From assembly GCF_009914755.1 (NCBI RefSeq), contig NC_060927.1: a DNA stretch of 64,000 bases; one strand, given 5' to 3'. Below the pieces are notes generated by a model. It was not told the origin of the DNA. It worked only from the letters and a program-made list of their open reading frames with translations, and searched no databases. The translations under genes were made by a program, and so were the position numbers. How positions within the stretch are numbered: position 1 is the first letter of the stretch; the number at the start of each line of letters is the position of its first letter. Origin of the DNA: the human T2T-CHM13v2.0 reference genome, Homo sapiens. Positions 1 through 14,084 of this stretch are shown piece after piece.

Positions 1-791
1 AACATGTCATTTCCTCACCAGTTTCACATTTGTCTTCTCAGAGTATATGCACGTACATTCTGATTCCATACCCAACATACGCACTCTCTTCTCAGGCTAA
101 AATTTTCCTACTTACAGCTATTTTGTAGATTATTAAAAATTACAAATTAAGTAAGAAAGGAAGAAAATAAATATTATTCCTATAACAAATCAAATTTAAG
201 CATAAAAAGTACACTTGTTTTTCATGATTCAAATGCCAGGTATATTAGTTACCAATACATACCATTAAAAATGAAACTATATGCTATAATTTTTTAGTGA
301 AAAATGAATCATGTGCACAAAAGAAAGTATACAGCATATTTATGTATTAGAGAATGATCATAAACTGAATTGCCGTATGACCACAATCCAGGTAAAGAAA
401 CAGAACAATGCCAGTCCCTGAAAAGACCCTCCCTGGGTGTCTCTTCTCAATCACCATCCCAAATCTTTATAAAAGGGATAACTATGTGTTTAGTTTCCTG
501 AGAGTTCTTTGTTTGCATTTTTGAATGTTTTCATCTCCTCTAAATGCATCCTTAAACAATATACTATTTAGGTTTTCCCATTTTTAATTTCTAAAACAGA
601 ATTAGAGGGTATACATGCTTTTGTGATTTGTTTTTTTACCCTATAAGATTTACTCTTGTGTGCATAAAACTTTCAGATTCAAGAATGTAAAATAATGCTT
701 TTCTTGATTACTCAAGATGTTCATGCAAGAAGAAATAACGGAGATTGACCACCAGGCTGAACCTGAAGACTGTAAAAGTCTCACAACTTAA

Positions 792-1155
<364 letters not shown>

Positions 1156-1796
1156 CCAAATCTTTTTAGGAACTGTTTAGTGATGCTCAGAGGAAAGCAG
1201 CCCTATTCCAAAGTACACAAATGTAAAATGGCCTCTAGTCTATATTTGAAAAGTGATTCAGGTATATGTTTTGAAGCAGGAGTGACAATATGGGATATCA
1301 AATATACATTTTGAAACCAAGATAAGCACAGTAAACAAGATAATGCACATCTCTGAAAGGAAATCCAGAGATATATTTGAAAAGAAAAAGAGTCACAATA
1401 TTCGTTTAGGAGAACAACAGTGTATTTGACTTAAAAGAATAAGCATTAAATATATGTAAACCTGGTTTTGTGTTTTAGAGTAGTTGGAGAAATTTTGACT
1501 GATAATGAAGAGGGGACTGATCTCCCTACTCATTCTCCATGTTGATAGATGTTGCAATAGTTTGTTTATTTTCATTATGCATTATGCATAATGCATAAAT
1601 ATACCAAAATTTGTTTACCTATTGTTCTACTGTTGATGGGCATTTATTGTTTCCAACAACGATTAAGAGTATTCTTGTACATGTCCCTGGTACAAAAGTT
1701 TCTCTAGGATATATATGCTGGAATGCAATTACTGCTTCATAGGGAATGAATATCTTTAAGTCTACTGGGTAACGCCAAATTGCTAGAATAGTTGAC

Positions 1797-2262
1797 TGTC
1801 AATGCCTAAAAAGACTAGAATAGCCTGTTGATAAGGCAGAGCTTACTGCACCTACTTCGCAAAGGAAGAACACTATCTTGACTGAATTTAGTATTGTAGT
1901 ATCTCAGTAGGTGCTATCCTGGATTTATATAGGATTTGGGTAACTGAGCTGAAGTTTTAAGATGGATGTTTTAAGTCAGAAAAATGATTGTCAGTGAGAA
2001 AAAATCATTACAATCACTTAGAATTGGTGAACATGGTGAAGGGAGGATTGTTTGATAAAGAAGCTCCTTGTCCAGGTGAGAAGAACAAACTATTTTTCTG
2101 GATACATTGATTAACAGAAATTTCTTGAAGCAAACAGTGACGTTATTTATCAACTTAAAGCCTTACCTTCACAACCAAGAATCTCCTGGAATAGTTACAT
2201 ACACAGGCGGCCTCTAATGCTGATAGATAATCTAAGTGGATGCTTATATTTTTAATTCTTGT
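1797..2262. mobile_element. Probable old LTR inserted in the L1M (family not assigned)
   Basis: ~460-bp segment starting TGTCA that interrupts the L1 sequence and differs from it in composition. Confidence 0.35.
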
Positions 2263-3247
2263 AATCATATGTGTGGCAATTTTCCTTGATATGATCCTCT
2301 GCCAAACTTGATTTCATTTCGTTTTGTTCTTTGATTTTTTCCAGTCTGATATGTGTAAGAGGTGCCTTGGTGTGGTTTAAGTTATATGTCTTACTCTGAT
2401 TGCTAATAAAGTTGAGTGCCATTATGTATGTGTGTTGGTTTTCTGGATGTTTGTATGTTTTCTAAGTGCTTGTTAAAAATCATTGCCAAATTTTGTGGGA
2501 TTTTTTTATTGATTTGCAGTGGATATTTATATACTCTGGCTATAAATTTTTTGTCAATTTCATGTGTTGAAAATATCTGCTCTCAGATTTTGACTTTTAT
2601 TTTCACTTGTTGAATTATATTTTTATGAATAGTTCGTCATTTCCATGTAATCTAGTTTACCAATATCTTTATGTTTTTAGTCCTTTGAGGTTCTTAAATT
2701 CCTACCTATTCTGAGTAAATATTCTTATATTATACATCTTTATAATTTTTTTCACACTTATTTAATCTACCATGATGTTGATGATACTGAGGATAATTGT
2801 GATGATTTAGTTCGGGGCACAATTTGCATTTTTCAATCTAATTTATTGAGATTTCCATTCTTTCTCAATGGTTATGCAATAAAGCTACACTACATATCAA
2901 GATGATGTAGATGTATAGGCTTGTTTCTGGGCTCTTGATCCTATTCCTCAGTCTATTTTCTCATCTGTGTATGAACACAATACGTTTTAGACACAGAATT
3001 TTAAAGTAAGACATTTTATCTGATAGTTTGTGGTTCCTTATGTAATTCTTCTTTAAAAATATCTTGAGTATTCTTGTCCTTCACATTTCCATATAAATGT
3101 AAAAATTAGCTTGTCAAATTCCACAAAAGGCTTGCTGAGATATTTATTTGAATTAAAATAAATACATAGTTGTCCAGTAAATACTTGCTTGATCCAGTGC
3201 TGTTGATTTTTCACATTACTAGCATCAAATGAAGTGATTGCAATAGC

Positions 3248-3385
3248 AAACAATTGAAAATCCTAGTTTTACAGTTGTTTAGTGCTGAAAATATCCTTAT
3301 AAGTCATCCTTTAAACAATTGAAAATCCTAGTTTTACAGTTGTTTAGTGCTGAAAATATCCTTATAAGTCATCCATTAAACAATT
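3248..3385. repeat. 65-bp two-copy tandem duplication
   Basis: AAACAATT recurs at 3248, 3313 and 3378; the two copies differ at one base. Confidence 0.97.
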
Positions 3386-3629
3386 CGTTTTATAGATAAT
3401 TAACTGCCGCCTACAGTAGTGAAGATCAAGACTACAGAAGCTATGTAGCTGAAATAAGACTCAGGCGAAGCTGTATTTTTTTTTTTTCAATACCTTTCAT
3501 TTGCACAACAAAATTTTTACTCAGCACCTGTATATGTCCATGAATGTAATAATGAACAGGATAAGAAACTATATTTTCTCAGTGTTTCACTATATCATAC
3601 TGCCTCACATCCCGACTCAAAAACTACAC

Positions 3630-4120
3630 AGAGCGAATCTTTACTAAACACATTCTAAGTGCTGGACACAACATTGGTTGAAGATAATATGGTAGTAAAC
3701 AAAAGAGGAATGACTATCTTCCTCATGGGGCTGACACTCCACAGGAAGTAGATATCACAAAAATATATGTATAAATACAAACTATGCTAAGGCTTTGAAG
3801 GAAAGTTTAGAATAACAGTGGAATATGGCCAAGGCTCCGGGGAGTCCTACCTAGTCTGGGACGTCTGGAAAATTTTTCCTGGGGGGCATTTTAAATTTTG
3901 CTCTAAAGTGCATATAAGAATTATCTAGTTACAGAGGGAGAAGAAAAAGAGTCAAGCAGAGAAATCTGTGTGACTGAGGTCTCTGAGGCAAGAGACAGCA
4001 CAGCCTATTCTAAGAAATGAAAGAAGGCCATGTCACTGGAAACTAGAGAACAAGGTAATGGTGGTATAAGTCAGACAAGAGGAAGGTGGGAGTTAGTTGA
4101 TAACATAGGACCTCATTATG
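3630..4120 (-). mobile_element. L2 3' fragment
   Basis: Degenerate match to antisense L2 3' end (...AACAAAAGAGG...CCTCATGGGGCTGACACTCCA...). Confidence 0.6.
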
Positions 4121-4639
4121 CATCAGATAGTTTGAGATAGAAAGCAAGTTTCCAAGACAGTGTGAAAGGGTTCTAAAAACCAATAAATTGGGGGTTTCAA
4201 AAGTCAATATTCACATTCTTTAAAGTAGATAATGATGACTGACTCTATTGATTTTCACTTGGCAGTAAACAGCATCAGACAGTAGAGCTACTCATCTAAG
4301 TAATAATTGGTTCAGTGGTCTGACAGTGATTAGATTAAAACAGTAGGAGAAACATGTGAAGATAATCCAGTATAAAATAAGTAGTTTTTGTCAATTTGTA
4401 AAACCTTAAACTAGAAATCTAGCTTAAGATTAATTCATATGTAATTATAAACGGAAATATAAAACATTTAAGTCTCCATCTTTTTTGTCTTTTTCAACTT
4501 TGCTTTAGTTCATTTCAAATTTTTATGTATAGCTTTTAAACTAACATTTCTGTCACCAATTATGGAACTCAGATATTTTAAAGGCTTATTTTCAGTATGC
4601 CAATATATTTAAAAGTGACATTTTACTTTTAAATATTAT

Positions 4640-5230
4640 AATTAATATTTAAACAATAAGAACATGTTCCTACATATTCAAAATAATATCATTACACTTA
4701 ACAGAATTACTACCAATTCCTCAATATTATCTAATATCTATTTTATATTAAAATGTACCCATTGTCTTCCATATCACTTATGTGGATGGTTTTTCCAAAT
4801 CCAGATACAATTTGGGACAACACGTTGCATTTGGTTAAGCCTCTGCATGTAGTCATTTTTTTCTTTTTTATGACAGCAATCTGTTGAAGAGACCAGGCTA
4901 ATTGTCTTGTCATTAGTTTTACCTTTGGGATTTATGGTGTCAGTTAGCCTATTCCTCTATCCCTATGATGTTCTATTAACTGGAAGTTAGAGTTAAAGAT
5001 ATGGTTACAGTAATATTAAGCATTTTTGGCTAGAATACAACATAGATGATCTATATGCCATATTGCCTTCCATCGGAGACACAACTTACCTGGTTGCCAG
5101 ATCATCAGTGGGTTTCAAGACTGACCACTTAATGAGGTGTGATATCTGATCTACCTTTCTTATATAGTTTCCCCTTGTTTTCAGAAAATCATAGCTCTGG
5201 TATATCTTTATCCAGCCGAGTGTTAAATTC
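4640..5230 (-). mobile_element. L1MC-type 3' fragment
   Basis: Resembles L1MC4/5 3' UTR (AATTCCTCAATATTATCTAATA, CACGTTGCATTTGGTT). Confidence 0.5.
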
Positions 5231-5237
5231 CCCATTA

Positions 5238-5590
5238 TAATAGTCAGGAAAGAGTAGATAATGCTGCAGTAACAAGGAGTTCAAAAATCTCAATAACTTA
5301 CAGTAACGAAAAAATTCTTACTCATTCAAAATCTGTAAGTTTCCACTTCATGATGACTCAGAACTATATATCTATATGAACACACTCTTTACCAGATCCA
5401 AGGCAGAGCAAGAGCAAAATGGACAAGGATGCAGTGGTTCTTAAATGTTTCAGCCTATAAATGACACATCTTGCTCCTATTCATATGCCATTCACCAAAG
5501 CGAGTCATATGGCCATGTCTAACTTCAAAGGATAGAAAAATGCATCCTACTGTATATTCCTAACAGAGAAGAGGCAGAAGTCACGTCTGC
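5238..5590 (-). mobile_element. MLT1J-like MaLR LTR
   Basis: ATGCTGCAGTAACAA start motif and CCAAAGCGAGTCATATGGCCATGTCTAACTTCAA motif of old MLT1 LTRs. Confidence 0.6.
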
Positions 5591-7643
5591 TATCCATTTA
5601 TCTAGCTAGTAGTTTTAGTGGTAATTGACAATTTTTGCCAGAATTACTAGTTTGGGTTTGTTGTTTATTTAAGATTCAGTGGGTACATGTGCAGGTTTGT
5701 TACCTGGGTATTTTGTCTTTTTATTAAAAAAAGACAGAAATGTATATTGATTTAAGTTGCTAGTTGAGAGTTTTCCTCATTAAAATATAGAAGCATATAA
5801 TCTTCTTTCAGACCATAACTGCTGCATTCAGATTATTCTCTCATATTTCTCGTGGTGACAATTAAGTCCAATTAGAATATCTGATTACAGAATTTACTAT
5901 ACTTTAATTTTCAAGAGTCTCTTAGATAGAGGACTGGAAACTACAACCAAGAATCATTTGTGAAGACTGAGATCTAATGGGCAGTTTTTGGTTGATGTAT
6001 TTGCTACTTAAGCTTCAGCAGGAAGCACAACTTACTGAGAAGCACAATGATTTCAGGTAATGTTTGTGAAGTGCTTTACACCTGGAGCCCTGTATAAACC
6101 TAAGAACTATCTGAGTAAGACGAGCCTTTGCAGCACTTAGATTAGTGTCCACAGAGGACTTCTTTGACAGTTACTATGGCATTATGGCAAAAAGAAAGTC
6201 TCTAGCCAGCCACTCTCATTTCTTGCGCTTGTTAGTTCTCTGTATTTATTGTCTATGGGTTTCCCTTAGAGCAATCAGAGGCAAAGCAATTACTTTACAA
6301 GGTTGATTTGGTCTAGATCTGGGGTACCCCCAGTAGATCTTTGTACTAACATTCAACACAAAGTGGTGAGCAGTAAAGCCATGTTTTGTCTTTCCATTCT
6401 GTCTCGTGCCAGCTTGTCATATCCCAGTTCACATGACTGGAGATTTAGCATATTTGCTTTAGGTATGTTTCTGAAAATAGTACAATTGGACCCTTGGGGT
6501 GGGGGAGCAAATAAACTACAAACACTTATAACAAGTTCCACTTTATATTCACTTCACTTTCCTTGTGTTATTGAGAACACATGGCAGTTTCTCTTATTTC
6601 ACTGCTTTCCCTTGGTTTTCTCATCTGTAAGAAATGGGCATAAAGTGCAGACATAACAGGATCTTTAAGGATAATTTATTAAATAATTAAGTTAAATAAT
6701 ATATTGTATATAAAATTTATGGTGTAAAGACTATTTTTGAAAACTGGATATAATTCATATTTAACATACACAAACTAAATGAGAATTTGGAACTATAGTA
6801 CCCCTGTTGGCAATGATTCAAGTGAAGCATTTTGAAATTCAGACAATTTTCTTTTTTTTTTTTTTTGCTTTCTTCCCTATTTTAATGACTGTTGAATTAT
6901 AAAGGATACTTTAATTTTGAATATGTGCCAATGTCACATACATTTTAGACTTTTATACTTGGCTAGCAAATGCTTCCAGAGCTTTCAGCTTCAACTGGCT
7001 CTTTTAATTTTATTCTCAGATATGTATTCCAATCCATGTGTACTCCAGAGAACTTTCGTTAGATCAGAGATGTTCTATTTTTAAAATATTATTGCTGAAC
7101 CTTATTGCATCTTATGAAAACAGTGTAGCTTAAAAAGGTATTATTTTCCTCTTTATAAATCCCAACTCCAAAGATAATAAGGTTGAGCTTTGCTTTTTCT
7201 ATAAGAAGAAACAAATACTTTGCCTGGGGTCATTTGTCTTCTCTCTTCATACCTTCAGTTGTCCCTTTTGTAGACTAGTTACAAGTATTTAGTTCAGAAA
7301 TAAAAAATTAAGTGTTTTTAATGCTGGTGAATATATCTGTCCTGCCAAAGGAAGTTGCTATTGGCTACAGAGATAATTCTTTTGGCAGAAGCTTAATTCT
7401 TATTGTTTGCCTATAATTACTGACTTGGATGCCTGTGAGAACAAGATAATTTATTTTAAAAATCCTGCAGATGGACCACAACTGCAGATATGGCATCAGC
7501 AATTTATTTCATAATATTTTAACTCAGTGTACTCTGTTCTGCAACCTCATTATTATATCTCTTCAATCCAAGACTACTCATTATTCTTTATCATACAGTT
7601 TTGTGAGAGAAAAAAAGATAAAGAAAACATAAAATAGTCTCAC

Positions 7644-7763
7644 ATTTCAGAGGAAGTTCCATATTCCAAGACTCCACTGGCATTATCAGAGACCTTCAAT
7701 GAAGAAAGACTCTTTCCTGGCCTTCTGATACTTGCCAAGCTCTTAACTGTCCCATAAGTGTCT
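7644..7763 (-). other. Candidate 120-nt spliced exon
   Basis: Acceptor: long poly-T then CAG|A; donor AAT|GTGAGA followed by U-rich intron start; one open frame (phase 2-2). Confidence 0.4.
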
Positions 7764-7793
7764 CTGAAAAAAAAAAAAAAAATTGTTGGCATG

Positions 7794-8186
7794 TGTTTTA
7801 TTCTGCTTGGGCTGCCATAACAAAATACCACAGACCAGGTGGCTTAGGCAATATAAATTAGTTTTCTCATAGTTCTGGAGGCGGGGAAGTTCAAGGTGCC
7901 AGGAGGGTTGGTATCTGGTAAGAGTCTCCCCTTGGGTTGCAGATGGCTGCCTCCTCATCAAGTGCTCACATGGCCTTTCCTCAGTGCACATGGATAGAGA
8001 CAGAGAGAGAGTCCAAGCTCTCTGGTATCTCTTCTTATGAGTACAGTAATCTCATCAGATCTTGGCCCCAGACTTATTACCTTACTTAACTTTAATTACT
8101 TCCTTAGAGGTCCCAGACCATCTGTAAATATAGGCATACTGGTGGTTAGGATTTCAACATATGAATTTTAGATTCCATCCATAACA
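7794..8186 (-). mobile_element. MLT1A-type MaLR LTR
   Basis: GGGCTGCCATAACAAAATACCACAGAC...TTCAACATATGAATTT...CCATAACA, typical of antisense MLT1A. Confidence 0.85.
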
Positions 8187-8289
8187 GTGTGCTTGGTACC
8201 TAAATTTTAGATTTTCATATTTACTATTCATATCAACACATGAGTTTTATATCTTTAACTCTAAAGAAAAAAAGTTCTGTTTATATACT

Positions 8290-8880
8290 ATGGTACAATA
8301 TGGCAGTTTTTAAAAAGTTAAACATAAGCTTATCCTATGACCCAACAATTCCACTCCTAGGAATCAACACAACTCAAATATTCATAGCAGCATTATTCAG
8401 AATAACCCCACACCAAAAAAAAAAAAAAAAAACCCTCAGATTTCTATCAATTTTGCAAGTAGATAAATAAAATGTGACATATCCATGCAAATAATAAAAA
8501 GAATAAAATACTGACACATGCTTCAACGTGGGTGAACTTCAAAAACATTATGCTAAGTAAAAGAAACCAGATGCAAAAGGTGACATATTGAATGATTGGA
8601 TTTGTATGAAGTGTCCAGAGATGACAAATTTATAGAGACAGAAAGCAGAGGTTGTCCAAGACTAGGTCTGGGGGACAGTGAGTCTTTCACAGTATTGATT
8701 GCAAATAGAACTCAAAGGAATTTTTTTAGAGGATGGGAGAGGTTTGATGGAAATACTCTATAGCTGGATTGTGGAGTAGGATGCACAACTCTTTAAATTT
8801 ACTTAAAATCATGAAATAGTATACATGCAATGGATGAATTTTGTGGTGTATAACTATACCTCAATAAAGCTTTAAAAATA
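8290..8880 (+). mobile_element. L1MB/L1MC-type 3' end
   Basis: TATGACCCAACAATTCCACTCCTAGG (YDPTIPLLG, end of ORF2) through 3' UTR ending TATACCTCAATAAAGC. Confidence 0.8.
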
Positions 8881-9249
8881 CTAACACTCACTCCTATAAA
8901 ATATGTCTCCCTGCATCATTTCAGTACTATCAAAGTGAAATTCTTGCCAGTTTCCATTAAGATTCAGTCCTATTCTTCCCCCGAAATGATGATTGGTTTC
9001 TGGAACAAATTTCATTGCTGTCTATAACTCCTGCTTTAAGGGAAGATGTCTACTTTCTGTTACTTTAGAGGATGTTTTCTCATTCATCCAAACTTATATT
9101 TCTTAGTATTTCTTTACATGAAACATTTTGCTTTTCTCTTATTAAAGATACTTGACATCCAGATCATCTGTCAAATATACTAGGAAAGGAAACATTTAGG
9201 GTGTTATAACATGGTATAACCCAAACCGCCTCACCATTCTTTGCACTCA

Positions 9250-9440
9250 GCAAATCTTGGATTCAAGTCCTAGCTCTCCATGCTGAATGATATTATCGAA
9301 GTTACATAACTTCTCTGAGTTTATCTCCTCATCTTTGAAATGTGGATGGCATCACAAGGATTGTTGGGAATACAAACAAAAAAATATTAGTATAACTTGT
9401 TATTACAATGTCTACAGCATTGTTTGTGTAGCTTATGAGT
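9250..9440 (+). mobile_element. MIR
   Basis: GGATTCAAGTCCTAGCTCTCCA...AACTTCTCTGAG...CTCATCTTTGAAATG core. Confidence 0.65.
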
Positions 9441-10711
9441 ATTAAAAGTGTTTTCTTTTTTAATCCCTGAAAAAAATTTTTTAGTATTGTGTATAATTCG
9501 TGTATTTTACTAATTCAAATTTACATTGCCTTTTGCTTAATGGGATTTCTCTGAATAATTGAAGAAAATTATTAAATCAGTAACAAATTATAGTGACATA
9601 ATGAACAACAAAACTGTTATTTTGAATATAATGAGCACATCAAAATAACTTTTCAAGGGTATTATAAGAAGGCAGATCATGTCAAATTTTTGTAGTATGA
9701 TCTCAGTCTTTTTACTCTATGTTATGAGCTTGAATGAACCTATAGTATTTAATGATTAAATGATACAATCTACTAACATGAGCTTTGGTGAGAAGTGACT
9801 GGCTGGTTTCACTCTAATTCATTTTGGAGAGGTTCTTATCACAGCTAATCCAGAGAAAAAGAGAGTTCAGCTTATTCCTATTATTTAAAGATAGGACAGC
9901 AGCAGTCACTTGAAATTTATAGGAACAACATAACAGAAGTAAGGATCCAGATATTGTTAAGAGTTTATATAAGTCCTTCACCACAACCCACTAGATATTT
10001 TAAGGTATGAAATTATTTTTATCCCTTCAATAATGGAGACTAACCTTGACATAACATATATATTTGAAATGTTTCCTATCCATTTCTTAGCATTTTGCCA
10101 AGGCTTTATAATTTGTGCAGGGTTTTGTTTATCACACACTTAATTTTGTATCAAATATTAAATATGAAGTGTCATGTTACTGCACAACCAATGTGTGCCA
10201 GTCATTTTCTGGCCATTTAAAAATGCCTTGTACAAAGCAAAGCAGAGAAGCAAACGAAAACGAAAGAAAAGCTTGCTCTTGAGAAGCAAAATTTCTTTCT
10301 GAATTTGCTCATGTTCAGAGCAGTGTTTGTTCATAACATAAAAGCCGTATTCTTTTTTTATTAAAGTGCGTGGTACACGAGCAGACACAGTGAAAGGAGA
10401 TACTGTACATCAAATTTCTATGTGGTGCTAGCTTGTTTGTCTTTTGTAAACAATCTATTCAGCCACAAAATGAAGATAATTCTGTTAACTTCTCTTATAC
10501 CTAAGAGCATTTTGAATGAGTTAACTATTTTCAGTGAGTTCCCACTCTCGTAAGCAATAAAGCATAGATCTCTAGTATCCCCTTTTCAGACATCAACATG
10601 GACTTTATTTATATGGGGAGGCAGTGAAGGTAAAAGCAGATGCCAGGATGAATGAAATGTTTAAGACATATTTATTTTGCACGAGTTTAAATTAAGGAGG
10701 GAGAATTTTAA

Positions 10712-11104
<393 letters not shown>

Positions 11105-11183
11105 AGGACTGTTTATTTTCAAAGTGAAAATAAGAATCATCTGTAAACTATGACTTTATATTTGATTATAAAGATACAATAGG

Positions 11184-13776
11184 CAGTTGATCCTTGAACT
11201 ATACGGGGGTTAGGGGAACTGACTACTCATGGGGTTGAAAATGCACACATAACTTTTGACTCTCCAAAAACTTAACTACTAATAGCCTGCTGTTAACTGG
11301 AAGCCTTACTGATAACATAAACAGGGGATTTACACATATTTTGTATGTTATATGTATTGTACACTGTATTCTTACAATAAAGCAAGCTAGAGAAAAGAAA
11401 ATGCTATTTAGAAAATCATATAAATAAGATAAAATATATTTACTATTCATTAAATGGAAGTCACATCTGTGTCATCTCCACACTGAGTAGGCTAAGGAGG
11501 AGGAGGAAGAGAAGGGGCTGGTCTTGTATCTCAGAGGTGGCAGAGTTGGCCTATATGGAGGAGATGGAAGGGGAGGAAGGAAGGCAAAAAAAAAATCAGT
11601 GTAACTTTACAGAAATACACAGTAATTTCTGACTTTTTTGCTAATCCTTCTTCCACCATTTTCTTTAGTTTCAGGGCTCATATCGTAGAAGGGTCTATGT
11701 CATAAAAGGAATCAAAAGCAGTCTCAAATAACTAAAACCCTACTGCTAGATTTTCTAACGTTAATTTGTTTTCTGGAACTGCTTCTTCTATATCTTCTTC
11801 CTCTTCATCTGGCACTGGTTTGGAAGCGCTGATTTCCATCAAGTCTTCTGTTCATTCCTGTGGTGTGATGTCTATGAGTTTTTGCGTTTCTCCAAGACAT
11901 GTATTTGTAAGCCCTTCACTCCCCCAGCCCCCACCACCTTTTCGTTTGCCATATCTACAATCTCTTTCATGATTTCCTTGATTGGCTCTGTCATAAATTC
12001 CATGAAGTTATGCACATCAGTGTTCCACAGAAATTTATTGTTTCAGGCTTGATGGCTTTCATGGCTTTTTTCTATAACAACAGTGGCATCCTCAAAGGTG
12101 TAATCTCACAAGACTTTCATGAGGTTCTCTCTTTGGGGTTTTCCTTTCCATAGAGTACTGTGTATAATGAGCCTTAAAATTTTGTAAGACTCCCTGATGT
12201 AGAGGCTGAATTAGAGATGTTGTGTTTGGGGTCAACAACTTTGGTGTTGAACTCATGGGGTTCTGGGTGACCAGACACATTGTACAATATCAAAAGAACT
12301 TTAAAAGGCAGTCCCTGATTGACAAGTTACTTCCTCACTTCAGGGACAAAGCATTGATGAAACCAATTCAGAAAAAGGGTTTTTATTGTTCATGGGCTGA
12401 TTGTTGTACAATCAAAAGACTGACCCCTGGATTTTATCATTTCCTTTCAAGTCTAGGGGTTAGCGGCTTTATTGATAAGTGTAGTTCTGATCATAAACCT
12501 GACTGCATTTGCATAAAACAGTACAGTTAGCGTATCGTTTCTTTCCTTATATTCTGGTGTTGCTTCTCTTCCTTACTAATGAGTGTTTTTGTGGCATTTT
12601 CTTTTTCTAGAATGGGACACATTTGTCTGCTTTAAAAAACTGTTCAAGCAGGTAGCTTTTCTTCTCAATGATTTTCTTGATTTTCTTGATGGCATCTAGG
12701 AATTCGTCTGCTGCCTCTTGGTTGGCAGAAGCAGCTTCTCTTGTTATCCTGACATATTTTAAGCCAAACTTTTTTCTAAAACTATTAAACGGTCCTTTGC
12801 TGGCATCAAATTCTCCAGCCTTAGATCTTTAAACTTCTTTTTGCTTTAAGTTGTCATACATTGACTTTGCTTTATCTCAAATCATATTAGTCTATAGGTA
12901 TGCCTTTCTTGTAGCAATCCTGCACCTATATAAAATTGCATTTTCAATACAAGATAAAAAGGTATTTCACAAAAATCGCAATTGGCATCGCTGTAAGTGC
13001 AGCTGCAGGCATAGCTGTAGCGATGGCTTCACAGATTTCTTTTCTTTTTTTTACAGTAGTCCTTATGCTGGTTTCATTTATTTGTGAATGGCAGGCAAAT
13101 GAAGCCACAGGCTTCATTGTGTGATACATATCAAGAAATTCAACAACAAAATGTCATGACTTTTCTGTGTTTCTTGGGAGCACTTTCATCCTAGCATTAC
13201 CAGGGAACCTGTGTATAGGCCCCTTTGTGTTATTTAAGGTTTCTGATATTGCATTACGTAGAATGAAAGTACAGAAAAGTGCAAGATATCTTTTTTTTTT
13301 TTTTGCTATGATGAATTGGAGAGATGAATTGTTTACTGGAGAGATGAATTGTTCGTGTGACTACGATGAGTGTCACACTGAGCTCACTCCAATAACAAGT
13401 GGTAACTACAAAATTATTACAATAGGATAGTATGAATTACAGTTAATTTGATGTAGTTATGATTTAATAATGCGTCTTTGCATTTGTTAACATTTATCTC
13501 AACTGTAAATGATGCCATGTACTCTTTGCATTTGTGAGTAAATTTTTATAAAATTTTACTTCTTATTCTTATAAAATTTGTGTATCTTTGATGGTGTATA
13601 TTTGTGCATATTTGGTGGTAGTATATCATAAAATAGGTGAGTATCTACATATATTTCATGCATTATTGACATAAATAACTTTTTCTTAATTTTCTTGCTA
13701 TTTCTAAGCTATGTAGTTCATAGGCAAGTTTTTTCAAATTATTGGAAATCTCTAAGAAAGTTTTCCAATATATTTA
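11184..13776 (-). mobile_element. Tigger2 (pogo/TcMar) DNA transposon, near full length, decayed transposase
   Basis: TIR CAGTTGATCCTTGAAC at 11184; ORF fragments HSQINETSIRTTVKKRKEICEA (CENP-B-like HTH) and PNTTSLIQPLHQGV (DDE domain); the opposite TIR is not visible. Confidence 0.9.
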
Positions 13777-14084
13777 GCTGGAGTTTGCCAAACAATGCGT
13801 TATTATTATAATGTGTTTGTGTTTTTCTTCCTAAATAGTGAAGAACACACATGCTTTCATAGTCTTGGAATGTGTGGTATGTACTCTATGATTGCTGAAA
13901 TAAAGTGCTTTTGAAAATCCTACAAAGTCACTGTTGAAAATCGCAGAAACAATCATCAGCAAGAGAGATTTCCTGTTACCCCAACGATATGTAGCAGTAC
14001 TTTGGAGTTAAGTATTATGTAACAAAGGGCACTGCACTTGTACTTAAAAAAATAAATAAAATAAAATAAAATAAAAAAACTTAC

